The notes below the pieces were generated by a model. That model saw nothing but the letters and a program-made list of their open reading frames with translations. It had not been told where the DNA came from and searched no databases. The translations under genes and the position numbers were made by a program. From Armatimonadota bacterium (lineage in GTDB: Bacteria; Armatimonadota; SYMT01): a stretch of 64,000 bases of DNA. Location of the stretch: assembly GCA_046292385.1 (NCBI GenBank), contig JBKBRF010000009.1, positions 1 through 64,000 on the forward strand, given 5' to 3'. Positions 1-9,934 of the stretch are shown piece after piece; the stretch's first letter is position 1, and every line of letters begins with the position of its first letter.

Positions 1-120
1 TGGGCTTGCACCTGCCAGAAACCATGCCGATGTACGAAGTGTAGTGGAAAGATTCAGCCTCGCTTGATGCTTCGCAGCCACCGCGAGGCTGAATCTTTCT
101 TACAAACTGCGGAACTTGGG
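1..120 (+). mobile_element. Right end of a probable IS1634-family insertion sequence (transposase C-terminus, hairpin, terminal inverted repeat)
   Basis: Frame 3..44 reads GLHLPETMPMYEV-stop. A 17-bp perfect inverted repeat follows (47-63/83-99), and the segment ends ACTGCGGAACTTGGG at 120, resembling IS1634-type termini as I recall them. It is AT-richer than its flank and abruptly interrupts the antiporter gene. Confidence 0.6.
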
Positions 121-1075
121 CCAGCGGCCGGACCACCACCAGGGAGAGGAGTGCCAGCGCCAGCACCGGCCCCAGCGGGATCGTCTCCAGCATCGTCGAG
201 AGCACCGCGCCGAAGAGCACGAACGCGAGGAGCATCGTCATCTCGACGGTGGTCTCCCCGTACTCCGTGAAGCAATCGCAGAGCTCCAGGTCCAGCACTA
301 CCACGGCCACGCCCGCCGCGAATGCCGCCAGGAACCCGTCCCCGCCGACCGCGACCGCGGCCGCGTAGGCAACCAGTACGAGGCCGACGCCGAACAACGC
401 CTGCTGTTCCCGCCGGATTCCCATGCGGGCGTCAACCCGGGACATCATCCAGGCCCCGGCGCCACCCACGACGAAGCCAATGCTCGGCCCCAGGACGAAG
501 ACCTGCCACGCGAAGGTCAGCCAATCCGAGGCGCCCCCCAGTTTGGCCCGGGCGACCGCGATCAAAACCAGCACGATGGGGAGGACGACGAGATCGTTCG
601 TTCCGGCCTCGATCCCGAGGGTGAGCCGGACCGGCCGGGGAATCCGGGGATTCCGCAGCACGTCTCGCAGCACCACCGGGTCGGTGGAGGCGAGAATGGC
701 ACCCAGCAGCAAGGAGTGGACCAGGCCGGTACCCAGCAATGCCCACGAGGCCCCTGCTACTCCCGCGATGGTGAGCACGGTTCCAGGGCCGAGCACGAGC
801 ACGGGAAGAAACCACCCCTCTCGGAGCTCCCTCGGCTGCAGCTTGATCGCGTCCAGAAAGAGGACGAAGGTCAGGCTGATGATCGCCACCCCTTCCAGCA
901 GCGGGTCCTGGGGCGAAAGACGTATCCACCCGAGAACGCGCGGGCCGAGGACGAAGCCAAGTCCGAGAAACAGGATCGGGAAAGAGAGCGGGGCGCGCTC
1001 CACCAGCCCGGAGGCGAGCGCCGCCACGGTCAGCACGACCCCGATCAGGGTGAAGAGCGTCAGGAGGTCAGTCAT
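121..1075 (-). pseudogene. NhaP/CPA1-type cation:proton antiporter, 3'-truncated by the insertion at ~120
   Basis: Manual translation from ATG 1075: MTDLLTLFTLIGVVLTVAALASGLVERAPLSFPILFLGLGFVLGP...GAILASTDPVVL...LGIEAGTND...GFLAAFAAG...VVVRPLA, then non-homologous sequence. The expected downstream GPRG helix region is absent. Not in the ORF track because the frame has no stop inside the window. Confidence 0.8.
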
Positions 1076-1176
1076 CGATGCGATCTCGGGCTCGTGCGAG
1101 CAGACTCACTCCCGCGCGACTAACCTCGGAGACTACCCGGAAGTCGGGATCCGAGCCTCCGCCCTCGCCTCTCGTC

Positions 1177-1743
1177 CTATCCGCCCGGCTGCGGGAGCCA
1201 GGGCGTCTCTTCGTGTCCGCCGCGATGGTTCGCATCCCGGGCCAGTGTGAAGAGCAGGTCGGAGAGGCGGTTGAGATAGACCAGCACCTCCGGGTTCAGC
1301 GTCTCGCGCCCGGAGGCAGCCAGCACCGACCGTTCCGCCCGCCGGCAGATGCAGCGTGCCAGGTGCAGGAACGAGGCGAGCACGGTGCCCCCGGGGAGAA
1401 TGAAGGTGGTGAGCGGCGGGACCCCGTCTTCGTGCTCGTCGATCAGCGCCTCCAGCGCGGCGTGCATTCCCTCGGTCACGCGCTGCACCGGGATCTTGCC
1501 GACTTGATCGCCCTCGTCCAGCGGGGTGGCGAGATCGGAGCCGACGATGAAGAGCTCCGACTGCAGCCGCTCCAGGACAGTACTCAGGTGCTGGTCACGG
1601 CAGTGCGCCACGCAGATCCCCAGGGCGGCGTTCAGCTCGTCGACCTCCCCGTACGCCTCCACGCGCGGATGGTTCTTCGCCACCCGCTGCCCGCCAAAGA
1701 GCCCGGTCTCGCCCTGGTCGCCCGTCCTGGTATAGATCCGCAT
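1177..1743 (-). CDS. pduO: ATP:cob(I)alamin adenosyltransferase (PduO-type)
   Basis: MRIYTRTGDQGETGL, YGEVDELN, FILPGG, RRAER and YLNRLSDLLF motifs; start re-called to ATG 1743. Confidence 0.92.
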   Translation of the reverse strand: MRIYTRTGDQGETGLFGGQRVAKNHPRVEAYGEVDELNAALGICVAHCRDQHLSTVLERLQSELFIVGSDLATPLDEGDQVGKIPVQRVTEGMHAALEALIDEHEDGVPPLTTFILPGGTVLASFLHLARCICRRAERSVLAASGRETLNPEVLVYLNRLSDLLFTLARDANHRGGHEETPWLPQPGG

Positions 1744-1893
1744 CCGTCGCCTGCTCCCGCTGAATGCCGCCACACTGTCTCTCCGGTATGATAACCGGCC
1801 GCGCCCAGGGCCGGCTGACGAGGTGGCAGGAGTGAGTGAGCCGGCGCGAGAACTGTTACGCAGGCCTTGTTTCTATTTCCGGAGACGAATGTA

Positions 1894-2388
1894 ATGGCGA
1901 CGCGAATGAGCACGCGGAAGAGCTGGCGCGAGAAGCTGGAGAAGCCGGGCGAGCGAGAGGTGACAGTGCTGTCGGACGAGAAGGCGCAGCGGATGGGCGG
2001 CCGCCGGCTGCTGATCCCAACGCCCCTCGACGTCGACGCCGCGATCCGGCAGATCCCCGCCGGAAAGGTCGCCACCACCCGCTCCCTGGCCGGCTACCTC
2101 GCCCACCGCTACGATGCCGACGTCACCTGCCCGCTGTGCACCGGTATCTTCGTCCGGATCGCGGCGGAGGCCGCCGCCGAGGATGAGCGAGCCGGGCGCG
2201 ACGGCGTGACCCCGTTCTGGCGGGTAGTGGGACCGGACGGCCGCTTGAACGAGAAGCTCCCCGGCGGAGTGGAGTCGCAGGCGCGTCGCCTGGAGGCGGA
2301 AGGGCATGCGCTCGCGCCCGCGGCCGGCAAGCGCCCGCCAAGGGTAGCCGACCTGGCGGGCGCGCTTGCCGATCTGACCGAAGTCTGA
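1894..2388 (+). CDS. MGMT/Atl-like alkylated-DNA-binding protein
   Basis: IRQIPAGKVAT, CPLCTGIF and PFWRVV (alkyltransferase-like, lacks the PCHR active-site Cys); GGAG RBS upstream of ATG 1894. Confidence 0.8.
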   Translation: MATRMSTRKSWREKLEKPGEREVTVLSDEKAQRMGGRRLLIPTPLDVDAAIRQIPAGKVATTRSLAGYLAHRYDADVTCPLCTGIFVRIAAEAAAEDERAGRDGVTPFWRVVGPDGRLNEKLPGGVESQARRLEAEGHALAPAAGKRPPRVADLAGALADLTEV

Positions 2389-2398
2389 AACGCGGGGG

Positions 2399-2842
2399 TC
2401 AGTCGCCGGAGACCTCGACGATCAGCTCGATCTCCACCGCGACGTTGCCGGGCAGTTGATAGACGCCGATCGCGCTGCGGGCGTGCCAGCCGACCTCCTG
2501 GCCGAAGATCTGCACCAGCGTGTCGGTGGCGCCGTGGATGACGGACGGCGTGTCCGAGAAGCCTTCCGCGCAGTTCACCATTCCGAGCAGCTTCACCACT
2601 CGGGTGACCCGGTCGAGGTCGCCGACGCACCACTGCACGGAGCTCAGGCAGCCCAGAATCGCCTGCCGCGCCGCCTCGTACGCCTCCTCCACCGTCACCT
2701 CGGCCCCGACTTTACCGACGGTCTTCGAGACGGCGCCGCTGGTGAACACCAGGTTCCCCGTCCGCACGGCCGGCGCCAGCTTCCCCGGCGTAGCGGCCGG
2801 CAGCTCCAGACCTAACTCCTTCAATCTCTCCGCGATTGCCAT
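2399..2842 (-). CDS. RidA/YjgF family protein
   Basis: ERLKELGLELP, GNLVFTSG, HARSAIGV and LPGNVAVEIE motifs. Confidence 0.9.
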   Translation of the reverse strand: MAIAERLKELGLELPAATPGKLAPAVRTGNLVFTSGAVSKTVGKVGAEVTVEEAYEAARQAILGCLSSVQWCVGDLDRVTRVVKLLGMVNCAEGFSDTPSVIHGATDTLVQIFGQEVGWHARSAIGVYQLPGNVAVEIELIVEVSGD

Positions 2843-2953
2843 TCACTCACTCCTCGAAAGATGCTCACTCACAATTATCACACGGCGAGACGCGCGCTTG
2901 CCCGAAGGGGAGTCAGGCCACCGGCCGGAGCCGTACTGCGAAGAGGGTGGCGC

Positions 2954-3388
2954 TTAGCATGGATGGTAAGGCTTGCTGAGGTGAACCTTTCCCATTAGCA
3001 CCTCTTTCAGCTTGACCTCCGTCTCAGCGAACGCAGCCTGGGCGTAATCGTGAATCCGCCCGAGTGCCGCTTTCACCTCCTCGGCAGCCTTTTCGGACGC
3101 ATTCACGCCGATCTCGACCACCACGAGAACGGTGAAGTGGAATCGCTTCACCTGACCGCGGGCACCCTCGATCTCCTCCGGCGTCATCTCCACCCGCACG
3201 CCGCGGATCGTGAGACGGGTATTCTCCGTTGCGAGCTCCAGGTGCTCCAGCAGCCTCTCCCGCGCGGATTCGACCCGTGCGAGTCCCTGGCCGGGCGAGG
3301 GGCTGTGGATCTCCGTGATGAGCCGCAGGGCGGTGACGTAGGTGTTCAAGAGAGGCAGCGCCCTCGATCTGTGCCCGCGCAGCTCCAT
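2954..3388 (-). CDS. Hypothetical protein
   Basis: 144-aa ORF with protein-like composition; its ATG directly abuts the TAA of the upstream HAD gene, suggesting translational coupling. Confidence 0.7.
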   Translation of the reverse strand: MELRGHRSRALPLLNTYVTALRLITEIHSPSPGQGLARVESARERLLEHLELATENTRLTIRGVRVEMTPEEIEGARGQVKRFHFTVLVVVEIGVNASEKAAEEVKAALGRIHDYAQAAFAETEVKLKEVLMGKVHLSKPYHPC

Positions 3389-4060
3389 TTACCAGGGCGC
3401 GCGCTCCGGCGGGGTGGCGACCACCACCTGCGGGTGCTCCGGGCGCTGCTCCGGCGTGGCGAGGCCGCGCGCCACGAACTCCTCCCAGAGCCGCAGCGAA
3501 TCGGTGTGAAGGATCGCATCCATCCCTGCCTTCCGCGCCGCCTCCACGTTCTCCGCCATGTCGTCGATGAAGAGGTGCGCCTCGGCGGCACGGCCGGTGT
3601 CGCGAATCACCCACTCGAAGATCGCCGGGTCCGGCTTCTCCAGGCGCAGCTCGTGGGAGACGAGGAGCCGGTCGAAGTGCCGCAGCACGTGTGGGTACCG
3701 CTCCCGGATGAAGCGCCAGTGGATGTCGTTGGTGTTGGAGAGCAAGTAGCGCATCTCGACCGGCGCCTCCGCGATTATCCGGATCACCGCGTCGTCTTCC
3801 CAGAACATGTCGCTCCAGGCGATGCAGAACGCCTCGTACGGCAGCTTCAGCCCGGTGCGATCCACCATGTGCCGGTAGAACTCAGGGCCCTCCACGCCGC
3901 CGGCGCCGAACTGCGTCTCCCGGAAGAGCGCCTGGACGATCGTCCGGGCCTCGTCGTGGGACACGTGAAAGTGAGGATGCAGCGCCTCCCACACGCGCTC
4001 CACCTCGAACGGAAGGAGGACCTTCCCCAGGTCGCTGACGATGACTTCGATCTTCGGCAT
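3389..4060 (-). CDS. HAD-superfamily phosphatase (YihX-like)
   Basis: DLGKVL motif I, LSNT motif II, KPDPAIF motif III, FIDD motif IV; start re-called to ATG 4060. Confidence 0.88.
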   Translation of the reverse strand: MPKIEVIVSDLGKVLLPFEVERVWEALHPHFHVSHDEARTIVQALFRETQFGAGGVEGPEFYRHMVDRTGLKLPYEAFCIAWSDMFWEDDAVIRIIAEAPVEMRYLLSNTNDIHWRFIRERYPHVLRHFDRLLVSHELRLEKPDPAIFEWVIRDTGRAAEAHLFIDDMAENVEAARKAGMDAILHTDSLRLWEEFVARGLATPEQRPEHPQVVVATPPERAPW

Positions 4061-4186
4061 AGTCAGATGATAACGTGGGTAATCAGCCACGGAACGTGTG
4101 GAGCCGATTGGTCGTTTAACTCTTAAGAACACCGCCGCTCGCCAGGAGGGCGACCGGAGACGAGGCAGCCGCCTTGAGAGCGATGC

Positions 4187-5440
4187 ATGAGTGACCCCCG
4201 CCAGCCCGAACCGCCCCGGCCCGCACCCTCCGGCGCCCCGCCTCCGGACGGCACGCAGGGACTCACCTTCCGGGATTTGCAGCGCGCCATCTTTCTCACG
4301 TTCGGGCTCATCATCGTCTACCAGATGGCGGGGCCGCTCACCACGCTGCTGCTCTTCTTCCTGCTGGTCTTCATCCTCTCCGCGGTTCTGAACCCGATCG
4401 CGGTGCGGCTGGCGCAGCTCGGCGTGCCGCGGATCGCGAGCGCGATCGGGCTGGTGCTGCTGTTCCTGGTGCTGGTCCTGCTCCTCTTCTGGCTGGCGCT
4501 GCCGCCGCTGCTGGACGAGCTGACCACCTTCTTCGGCCGGCTGCCGGAGAAGCAGGACCGGGTACTAGCGTGGTACACCAGTGTGCTGGAGCGCTACCCG
4601 CAGCTCCGCGAGGCGGTGCCGAGTCCGCAGGAGGTGATGGGGCTCCTTCAGCCGAATCTCACGCGCTTCCTCGGAATCGTGGGCCAGTACACCTTCAACC
4701 TGGCGGTCGGGCTACTCTCGTTCGTGCTGCTCCTGGTGCTGGTGATCTACACCGTGGCGCAGCCCGGTCCGCTGGTGGCGGGACTGCTCAGCGCCACGCC
4801 CACGCGCCACCGGCCGCGCCTGGACACCGCCCTCCGGCGCATCCTGGAGCAGCTCAAGAACTGGGCGTTCGGCTCCCTCATCCTCGGCACGGTAGTCGGC
4901 ATCGTCTCCGGCGTTGCGCTGCGGCTCCTCGGCGTCCCCTACGCGCTGCTCTTCGGCGTCATCGCCGGCGTGGGGGAGCTGGTCCCCGGCATCGGGCCGA
5001 TCCTCTCCGCGATACCGCCGACGCTGGTGGCGCTCACCTCGGACGACCCGAGCCGCGCCATCTGGGTGATCGTGCTCTTCATCGCGATCCAGCAGCTGGA
5101 GAACAACATTCTGGTCCCGATGGTGATGGGCCAGAGCCTGAACCTGCACCCGCTCTCCGTCACCTTCACCGTGATGGTGATGGGTGCGCTGTTCGGCCTT
5201 TTCGGTGCGGTCCTCGCCGTGCCGCTCTGCGCGATCGTGAAGGTCTGCTACGAGGAGTTCTACCTGTTCCCCAAGCGCACCGACATGTGCGCGCTGCAGG
5301 TACAGGCGGAGCGGATCGTCGCCGGCGATTCTCCGGACGCGCGGGACGAGACGGTCGTGGAGCAGGCAGTGGAGGCAGTGATCGGCGACCAGCACCCCGA
5401 AAAGCCGCACGACCGCGACCCCTCCACCCGAGGAAGTTAG
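4187..5440 (+). CDS. AI-2E family transporter
   Basis: Multi-TM protein with LNP, ELVPGIGP, IQQLENNILVP, LHPL and GALFGLFGAVLAVP motifs. Confidence 0.9.
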   Translation: MSDPRQPEPPRPAPSGAPPPDGTQGLTFRDLQRAIFLTFGLIIVYQMAGPLTTLLLFFLLVFILSAVLNPIAVRLAQLGVPRIASAIGLVLLFLVLVLLLFWLALPPLLDELTTFFGRLPEKQDRVLAWYTSVLERYPQLREAVPSPQEVMGLLQPNLTRFLGIVGQYTFNLAVGLLSFVLLLVLVIYTVAQPGPLVAGLLSATPTRHRPRLDTALRRILEQLKNWAFGSLILGTVVGIVSGVALRLLGVPYALLFGVIAGVGELVPGIGPILSAIPPTLVALTSDDPSRAIWVIVLFIAIQQLENNILVPMVMGQSLNLHPLSVTFTVMVMGALFGLFGAVLAVPLCAIVKVCYEEFYLFPKRTDMCALQVQAERIVAGDSPDARDETVVEQAVEAVIGDQHPEKPHDRDPSTRGS

Positions 5441-5456
5441 CCGCACGAGCCGGAAA

Positions 5457-6185
5457 GTGGATCCGGATTCTATGCTCCAGTGGCTCGTTCGCGCGGCAAA
5501 CCTGAATCGGCTCCTACAGCTCCTATCGCAGGCGGTCGACTACCGCTTCGACGAGTGGGACGAGGACGCAATCCAGCTCGGCCTGGAAACTACCGGCGGG
5601 GCGGACGGGCGCTGGTACGACTATGAGCTGTACGGTCAGGAGACGATCTCGCTCCGGCTGTCCCGGGGCGCGGGCGACTGCGTAGTGGTGGAAGCGTCGG
5701 CGCCCGCTGCGGTCGAATCAGCGCTTTCGCCCATTATCGAAACCTCGGACGAGGAGATCGTGGCGCAGGTCTACCGTGCCTTCGCCTCGGCGCCACGTCC
5801 GGAACACCCCGTCCGGAACCCCCAGCACTGCCCGGAGTGCGAAGAGCACGACGCGCTGATGCGGGCGCGGAGGTGGGACACGCTCACTCACCACGACGTG
5901 CGATACACCTGGTCACCGGTGGTGTTTCTCTCCCCTGCGGGCTTCCGGTACTGGCTGCCGGCGTTCGTCCGGCTCAGTCTGACACCGGACGAGTACGACT
6001 TCCTGGATCAGCTGCTCTCATTCCTCTCGGAGAGAGACTCCGAGCGCTTCCAGCAGCTCAACCCGGAGGAGCGCGCAGCGATCCGGCGCTTCCTCCAGCA
6101 TCTCGCCTGGTGGCGGCCGGAGTTGGTGGATGAGCGTCGGATGTTTGCGGGAGTTGCCCGATCCTGGGCCGCAGGGGGAGAATAG
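5457..6185 (+). CDS. Hypothetical two-domain protein (C-terminal part resembles DUF6714)
   Basis: 242-aa ORF; AF..APRP...HCPECEEHD and FLSPAGFRYWLPAFVRLSL segments; start is GTG 5457 or ATG 5472. Confidence 0.7.
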   Translation: MDPDSMLQWLVRAANLNRLLQLLSQAVDYRFDEWDEDAIQLGLETTGGADGRWYDYELYGQETISLRLSRGAGDCVVVEASAPAAVESALSPIIETSDEEIVAQVYRAFASAPRPEHPVRNPQHCPECEEHDALMRARRWDTLTHHDVRYTWSPVVFLSPAGFRYWLPAFVRLSLTPDEYDFLDQLLSFLSERDSERFQQLNPEERAAIRRFLQHLAWWRPELVDERRMFAGVARSWAAGGE

Positions 6186-6274
6186 TCGGGTAGTGCGTTT
6201 GACACTTGTCACGTCACGCACCGGCATGACTGTCGAGCCTGGAACGAGTTGGCCCGGGAGCAGCGGAAACGAGA

Positions 6275-7684
6275 ATGTCCGAACACGCAACGCAGACGGG
6301 TGGGAACGGGGCGGTCCGGCCCTCCCTCGCCCGTCACATCGGGCTCGGCGCGCTCATCATCTACGGCGTGGGCGACATGCTCGGCGCCGGGATCTACTCC
6401 ACCATCGGCAAAGCGGCGGGCACGATGGGGAACGCGATCTGGGTCGCGTTCCTCACCAGCATGGTCGCCGCGGTGCTCACCGGCCTCTCCTACGCGTCGC
6501 TCGGCTCGCGCTACCCTCGCGCCGCCGGGGTGGCGTTCGTCACGCAGCACGCCTTTTACCGGCCGTTCCTGAGCTACGTGGTCGGCCTGGCGGTGATCGC
6601 CTCCGGCCTCACCTCGATGGCGACCCAGGCCCGCGCGTTTGCGGGCTACGGCCTCGGCCTCAGCGGGATGAAGCTCCCGGGCGCGGAGGGCCCACTGCCT
6701 TCGGCGGACCCCTTGCTCGTCACCGCCGCGATTCTCGTCTTCATCGGCGCGCTCACCTTCATCAACTTCTGGGGCATCCGGGAGTCGGTGTGGCTCACCG
6801 TCGTCTGCGCGCTGGTGGAGGTGGCCGGACTGGTCCTGATCGTGGCGGTCGGCCTTCGCTACTGGGGCGGCGTGAACTACTTCGAGACTCCCCCACCCGC
6901 GCCCGGCGCGGCCGACGGCGGCCTCACCCTGGGATTGGTGCTGCAGGGCGCGGTGCTCACCTTCTACTCCTTCGTCGGCTTCGAGGACATGATCAACGTC
7001 ACCGAAGAGGTGAAAGACCCCCGCCGCAACTTCCCCATTGCGGTGCTGGTCTCGATCGCGGTGGTGACGGTGGTCTACATGCTGGTGAGCGTTACCGCCG
7101 TCTCCGTGGTGCCGTACGCAGAGCTGAACAGCTCCGGCCAGCCGCTGGTGGAAGTGGTGCGTCGCGCCGCCCCGGCATTCCCTCCGGGCCTCTTTGGGCT
7201 GGTGGCGCTCTTCGCCATTACCAACACCGCCCTGGTGAACTACATCATGGGCTCCCGGCTGGTCTACGGGATGGCGCGGCAGGGGCTGCTTCCCCGGCCG
7301 CTGAGTGCGGTCCATCCGGTCCGCCGCACGCCGTTCACGGCGATCCTGACGCTGATGGTGATCGTCATCGTGCTCGCCTTCGTGGGAAGCATCGGCCAGC
7401 TCGCTTCCGCCACCAGCGTGCTGCTGCTCTGCGTCTTCATGGTGGTGAACGCCGCCCTGCTGGTGCTGCAGCGCCGGCCGGACGAGCCGAAGGGCGGCTT
7501 CGAGATCCCATCGTTCGTGCCGGTAGGCGGCGTGCTCGTCTGCGCCGTGATGCTCTCCAACGCCACCCGGGAGGCGCTCCTCACCGCCGGGGCGCTGCTG
7601 GCCGGCATCGTGCTGCTCTACCTGGTGATGCGCCCCCGCAACCTCACCGAAGAGATGCTCGCGGAGATCGAAGAAACGTCCTGA
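6275..7684 (+). CDS. APC-family amino acid permease
   Basis: GVGDMLGAGIY (TM1), FYSFVGFED, EEVKDPRRNFP, SRLVYGMA and HPVRRTP motifs. Confidence 0.92.
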   Translation: MSEHATQTGGNGAVRPSLARHIGLGALIIYGVGDMLGAGIYSTIGKAAGTMGNAIWVAFLTSMVAAVLTGLSYASLGSRYPRAAGVAFVTQHAFYRPFLSYVVGLAVIASGLTSMATQARAFAGYGLGLSGMKLPGAEGPLPSADPLLVTAAILVFIGALTFINFWGIRESVWLTVVCALVEVAGLVLIVAVGLRYWGGVNYFETPPPAPGAADGGLTLGLVLQGAVLTFYSFVGFEDMINVTEEVKDPRRNFPIAVLVSIAVVTVVYMLVSVTAVSVVPYAELNSSGQPLVEVVRRAAPAFPPGLFGLVALFAITNTALVNYIMGSRLVYGMARQGLLPRPLSAVHPVRRTPFTAILTLMVIVIVLAFVGSIGQLASATSVLLLCVFMVVNAALLVLQRRPDEPKGGFEIPSFVPVGGVLVCAVMLSNATREALLTAGALLAGIVLLYLVMRPRNLTEEMLAEIEETS

Positions 7685-7848
7685 GCCGGTTCCGCCGCCT
7701 CTTGCCGACGAAACGGAGGCGCTTGCTCGCCGCGCACTGTTCCGTACCGACGGAAGGAAGGAACCATTCCCGTCCAGAACTGCTATCACTTGGAAGAGCC
7801 CTCTTTTTGTGCGCCTGGTAGACGGGGCTCCCCGCGTGGTAGCTCGAA

Positions 7849-9924
7849 ATGAACCTGCTGACGATCGTCCTCCTCTCCGCCGTGATCCTCGGGCTCGCTT
7901 ACCGGATCTACGGCAGCGTGCTCGCCCGGCTGCTCAAGCTCGACCCGCAGGCCGTGACCCCGGCCGAAGAGCTGCGGGATGACGTCGACTACGAGCCGAT
8001 CGAGCCGAAGTTCCTCTTCGGTCAGCACTTCTCCGCCATCGCCGCGGCCGGGCCGATCGTCGGGCCGATCCTCGCCGGGGTGATGTTCGGCTGGCTGCCG
8101 GCGCTGCTCTGGATCCTGGTCGGCTCGATCTTCCTGGGCGGGGTGCACGACATCACGGCGCTGGTCGCCTCGATCCGGCACAAGGCGCGCTCCATCGCGG
8201 AGGTGGTGCGGGAACACATGACCCGCCGCTCCTACCTCCTCTTCCTCGGGTTCATCTGGATCGCCCTGGTCTACATCGTGGTGGCGTTCACCGACGTGAC
8301 CGCGGCTCAGTTCGTCGGCACCGTGACGCTGGAGGACGGCCGCAAGGTGGCCGGCGGGGGGATCGCGACCTCCTCGCTGATCTACCTGATGCTGCCGATG
8401 GTGATGGGGCTGCTGTTGCGCTTCACGAAGCTCTCCCTCGGGTGGGCCACTGCCATCTTCCTGCCGCTCGTCGGCCTGAGCATCTACGTCGGGCCGATGC
8501 TGCCGCTCGACCTGGGAGAGGCGCTGGGACTCAGCACCAGCGACGCGCAGAAGACGTGGGACCTCATCCTGCTCGGTTACTGCTTCGTGGCGTCGCTGAT
8601 CCCGATGTGGCTGCTGCTGCAGCCGCGCGGCCACCTGGGCGGCTACTTCCTCTACCTGGCGCTCGGCGGCGCCGCCATCGGGCTGCTCTTCGGCGGCCAG
8701 ACGATCCAGTACCCCGCGTTCACCGGCTGGGAGACGCCCCGCGGCGAGCTGCTCTTCCCGATCCTCTTCATCACCATTGCCTGCGGCGCGTGCTCCGGCT
8801 TCCACTCGATCATCGCGTCCGGCACCACCTCCAAGCAGCTCAAGCGGGAGACCGACGCGAAGGTGATCGGCTACGGCACGATGCTGCTGGAAGGGCTCGT
8901 CGCGGTCGTCTCGCTCTGCTGCGTGATGCGGCTGGCGCAGGGTGATCCGGTGCTCCAGAACGGGCAGCCGAACTACATCTACGCGCGCGGGATGGGCAGC
9001 TTCCTGGAGGTGATCGGCATCAACCCGATATTCGCCGTCTCGTTCGGCTTGATGGCGTTTACGACGTTCGTCTACGACACGCTCGACGTCTGCACCCGGC
9101 TGGGCCGCTACCTGCTGCAGGAGCTGTTCAACTGGCACGACAAGCGGGGGCGCTGGGTGGCGACGGCGCTTACGGCCGCCGCGCCGCTGCTCTTCATCAT
9201 GCGGACCTCGGTCGACGTGACGGCACTCCAGTTCGCGCCCGCTCATGTGAAGAACCCCTCCGCCTTCACCGCCGTCCTCCGAGACGGGACCGATCCAGTC
9301 TCCACCCACCTCCGCTCGCAGCTCTCGCCCGAGGGCCGGGCCAGCCTGGGTGCCGGGGACGCGGTTCAGCCGGCGCTGCTGCAAGACCTGAACCGGATCA
9401 TCGCCGGGGCTTCGCTCTACGAGGCGTCGCGGTTCAGCGGCGTGAAGCTCTCCGGGGACACCGAGAAGCTGGCCCGCACCAATCCGACCGGCGACTTCGG
9501 CGTGCTGCTGAACCGGAGCCTGATCCAGGAGACCTACGCGGAGCACCTCACGCAGGCCCGCGGGATCATCCCGGTGTGGCGGACCTTCTGGAACCTCTTC
9601 GGCGCCAGCAACCAGCTCCTCGCTGCGCTGACGCTGCTCGGCGTCACCGTCTGGCTCTGGCGGACCCGGCGGGAGAAGTGGGTCTGGGCCGTCACGGGCA
9701 TCCCGACGGTCTTCATGTACTGCATGAGCGTCTGGGCGCTCGGCAGCATGACGCTGAAGCACTTCTACCGCCCGGACGGCTTCCGCGTGAGCTCCGATCC
9801 GGTGGCGTGGGTGGGCCTGGTACTGATCGGCCTGGCGCTGCTGATGCTGGTGGAGGCGTTCCGCGTCTTCAACATCAAGCCGAAGCCCCCGCTCAATCCA
9901 GAGCCGGTGCCCGCGACCGGCTAA
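7849..9924 (+). CDS. cstA: Carbon starvation protein A (CstA family peptide/pyruvate transporter) with an inserted soluble domain
   Basis: GQHFSAIAAAGPIVGP, WLLLQPRG, FITIACGACSGFH, SGTTSKQ and WNLFGASNQLLA motifs. Confidence 0.9.
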   Translation: MNLLTIVLLSAVILGLAYRIYGSVLARLLKLDPQAVTPAEELRDDVDYEPIEPKFLFGQHFSAIAAAGPIVGPILAGVMFGWLPALLWILVGSIFLGGVHDITALVASIRHKARSIAEVVREHMTRRSYLLFLGFIWIALVYIVVAFTDVTAAQFVGTVTLEDGRKVAGGGIATSSLIYLMLPMVMGLLLRFTKLSLGWATAIFLPLVGLSIYVGPMLPLDLGEALGLSTSDAQKTWDLILLGYCFVASLIPMWLLLQPRGHLGGYFLYLALGGAAIGLLFGGQTIQYPAFTGWETPRGELLFPILFITIACGACSGFHSIIASGTTSKQLKRETDAKVIGYGTMLLEGLVAVVSLCCVMRLAQGDPVLQNGQPNYIYARGMGSFLEVIGINPIFAVSFGLMAFTTFVYDTLDVCTRLGRYLLQELFNWHDKRGRWVATALTAAAPLLFIMRTSVDVTALQFAPAHVKNPSAFTAVLRDGTDPVSTHLRSQLSPEGRASLGAGDAVQPALLQDLNRIIAGASLYEASRFSGVKLSGDTEKLARTNPTGDFGVLLNRSLIQETYAEHLTQARGIIPVWRTFWNLFGASNQLLAALTLLGVTVWLWRTRREKWVWAVTGIPTVFMYCMSVWALGSMTLKHFYRPDGFRVSSDPVAWVGLVLIGLALLMLVEAFRVFNIKPKPPLNPEPVPATG

Positions 9925-9934
9925 GAGCCGCTCC

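Noticed and set aside
116..1250. Plus-strand ORFs 116-1123 and 423-1250
   Set aside because: Antisense shadows of the minus-strand antiporter, which has recognisable motifs.
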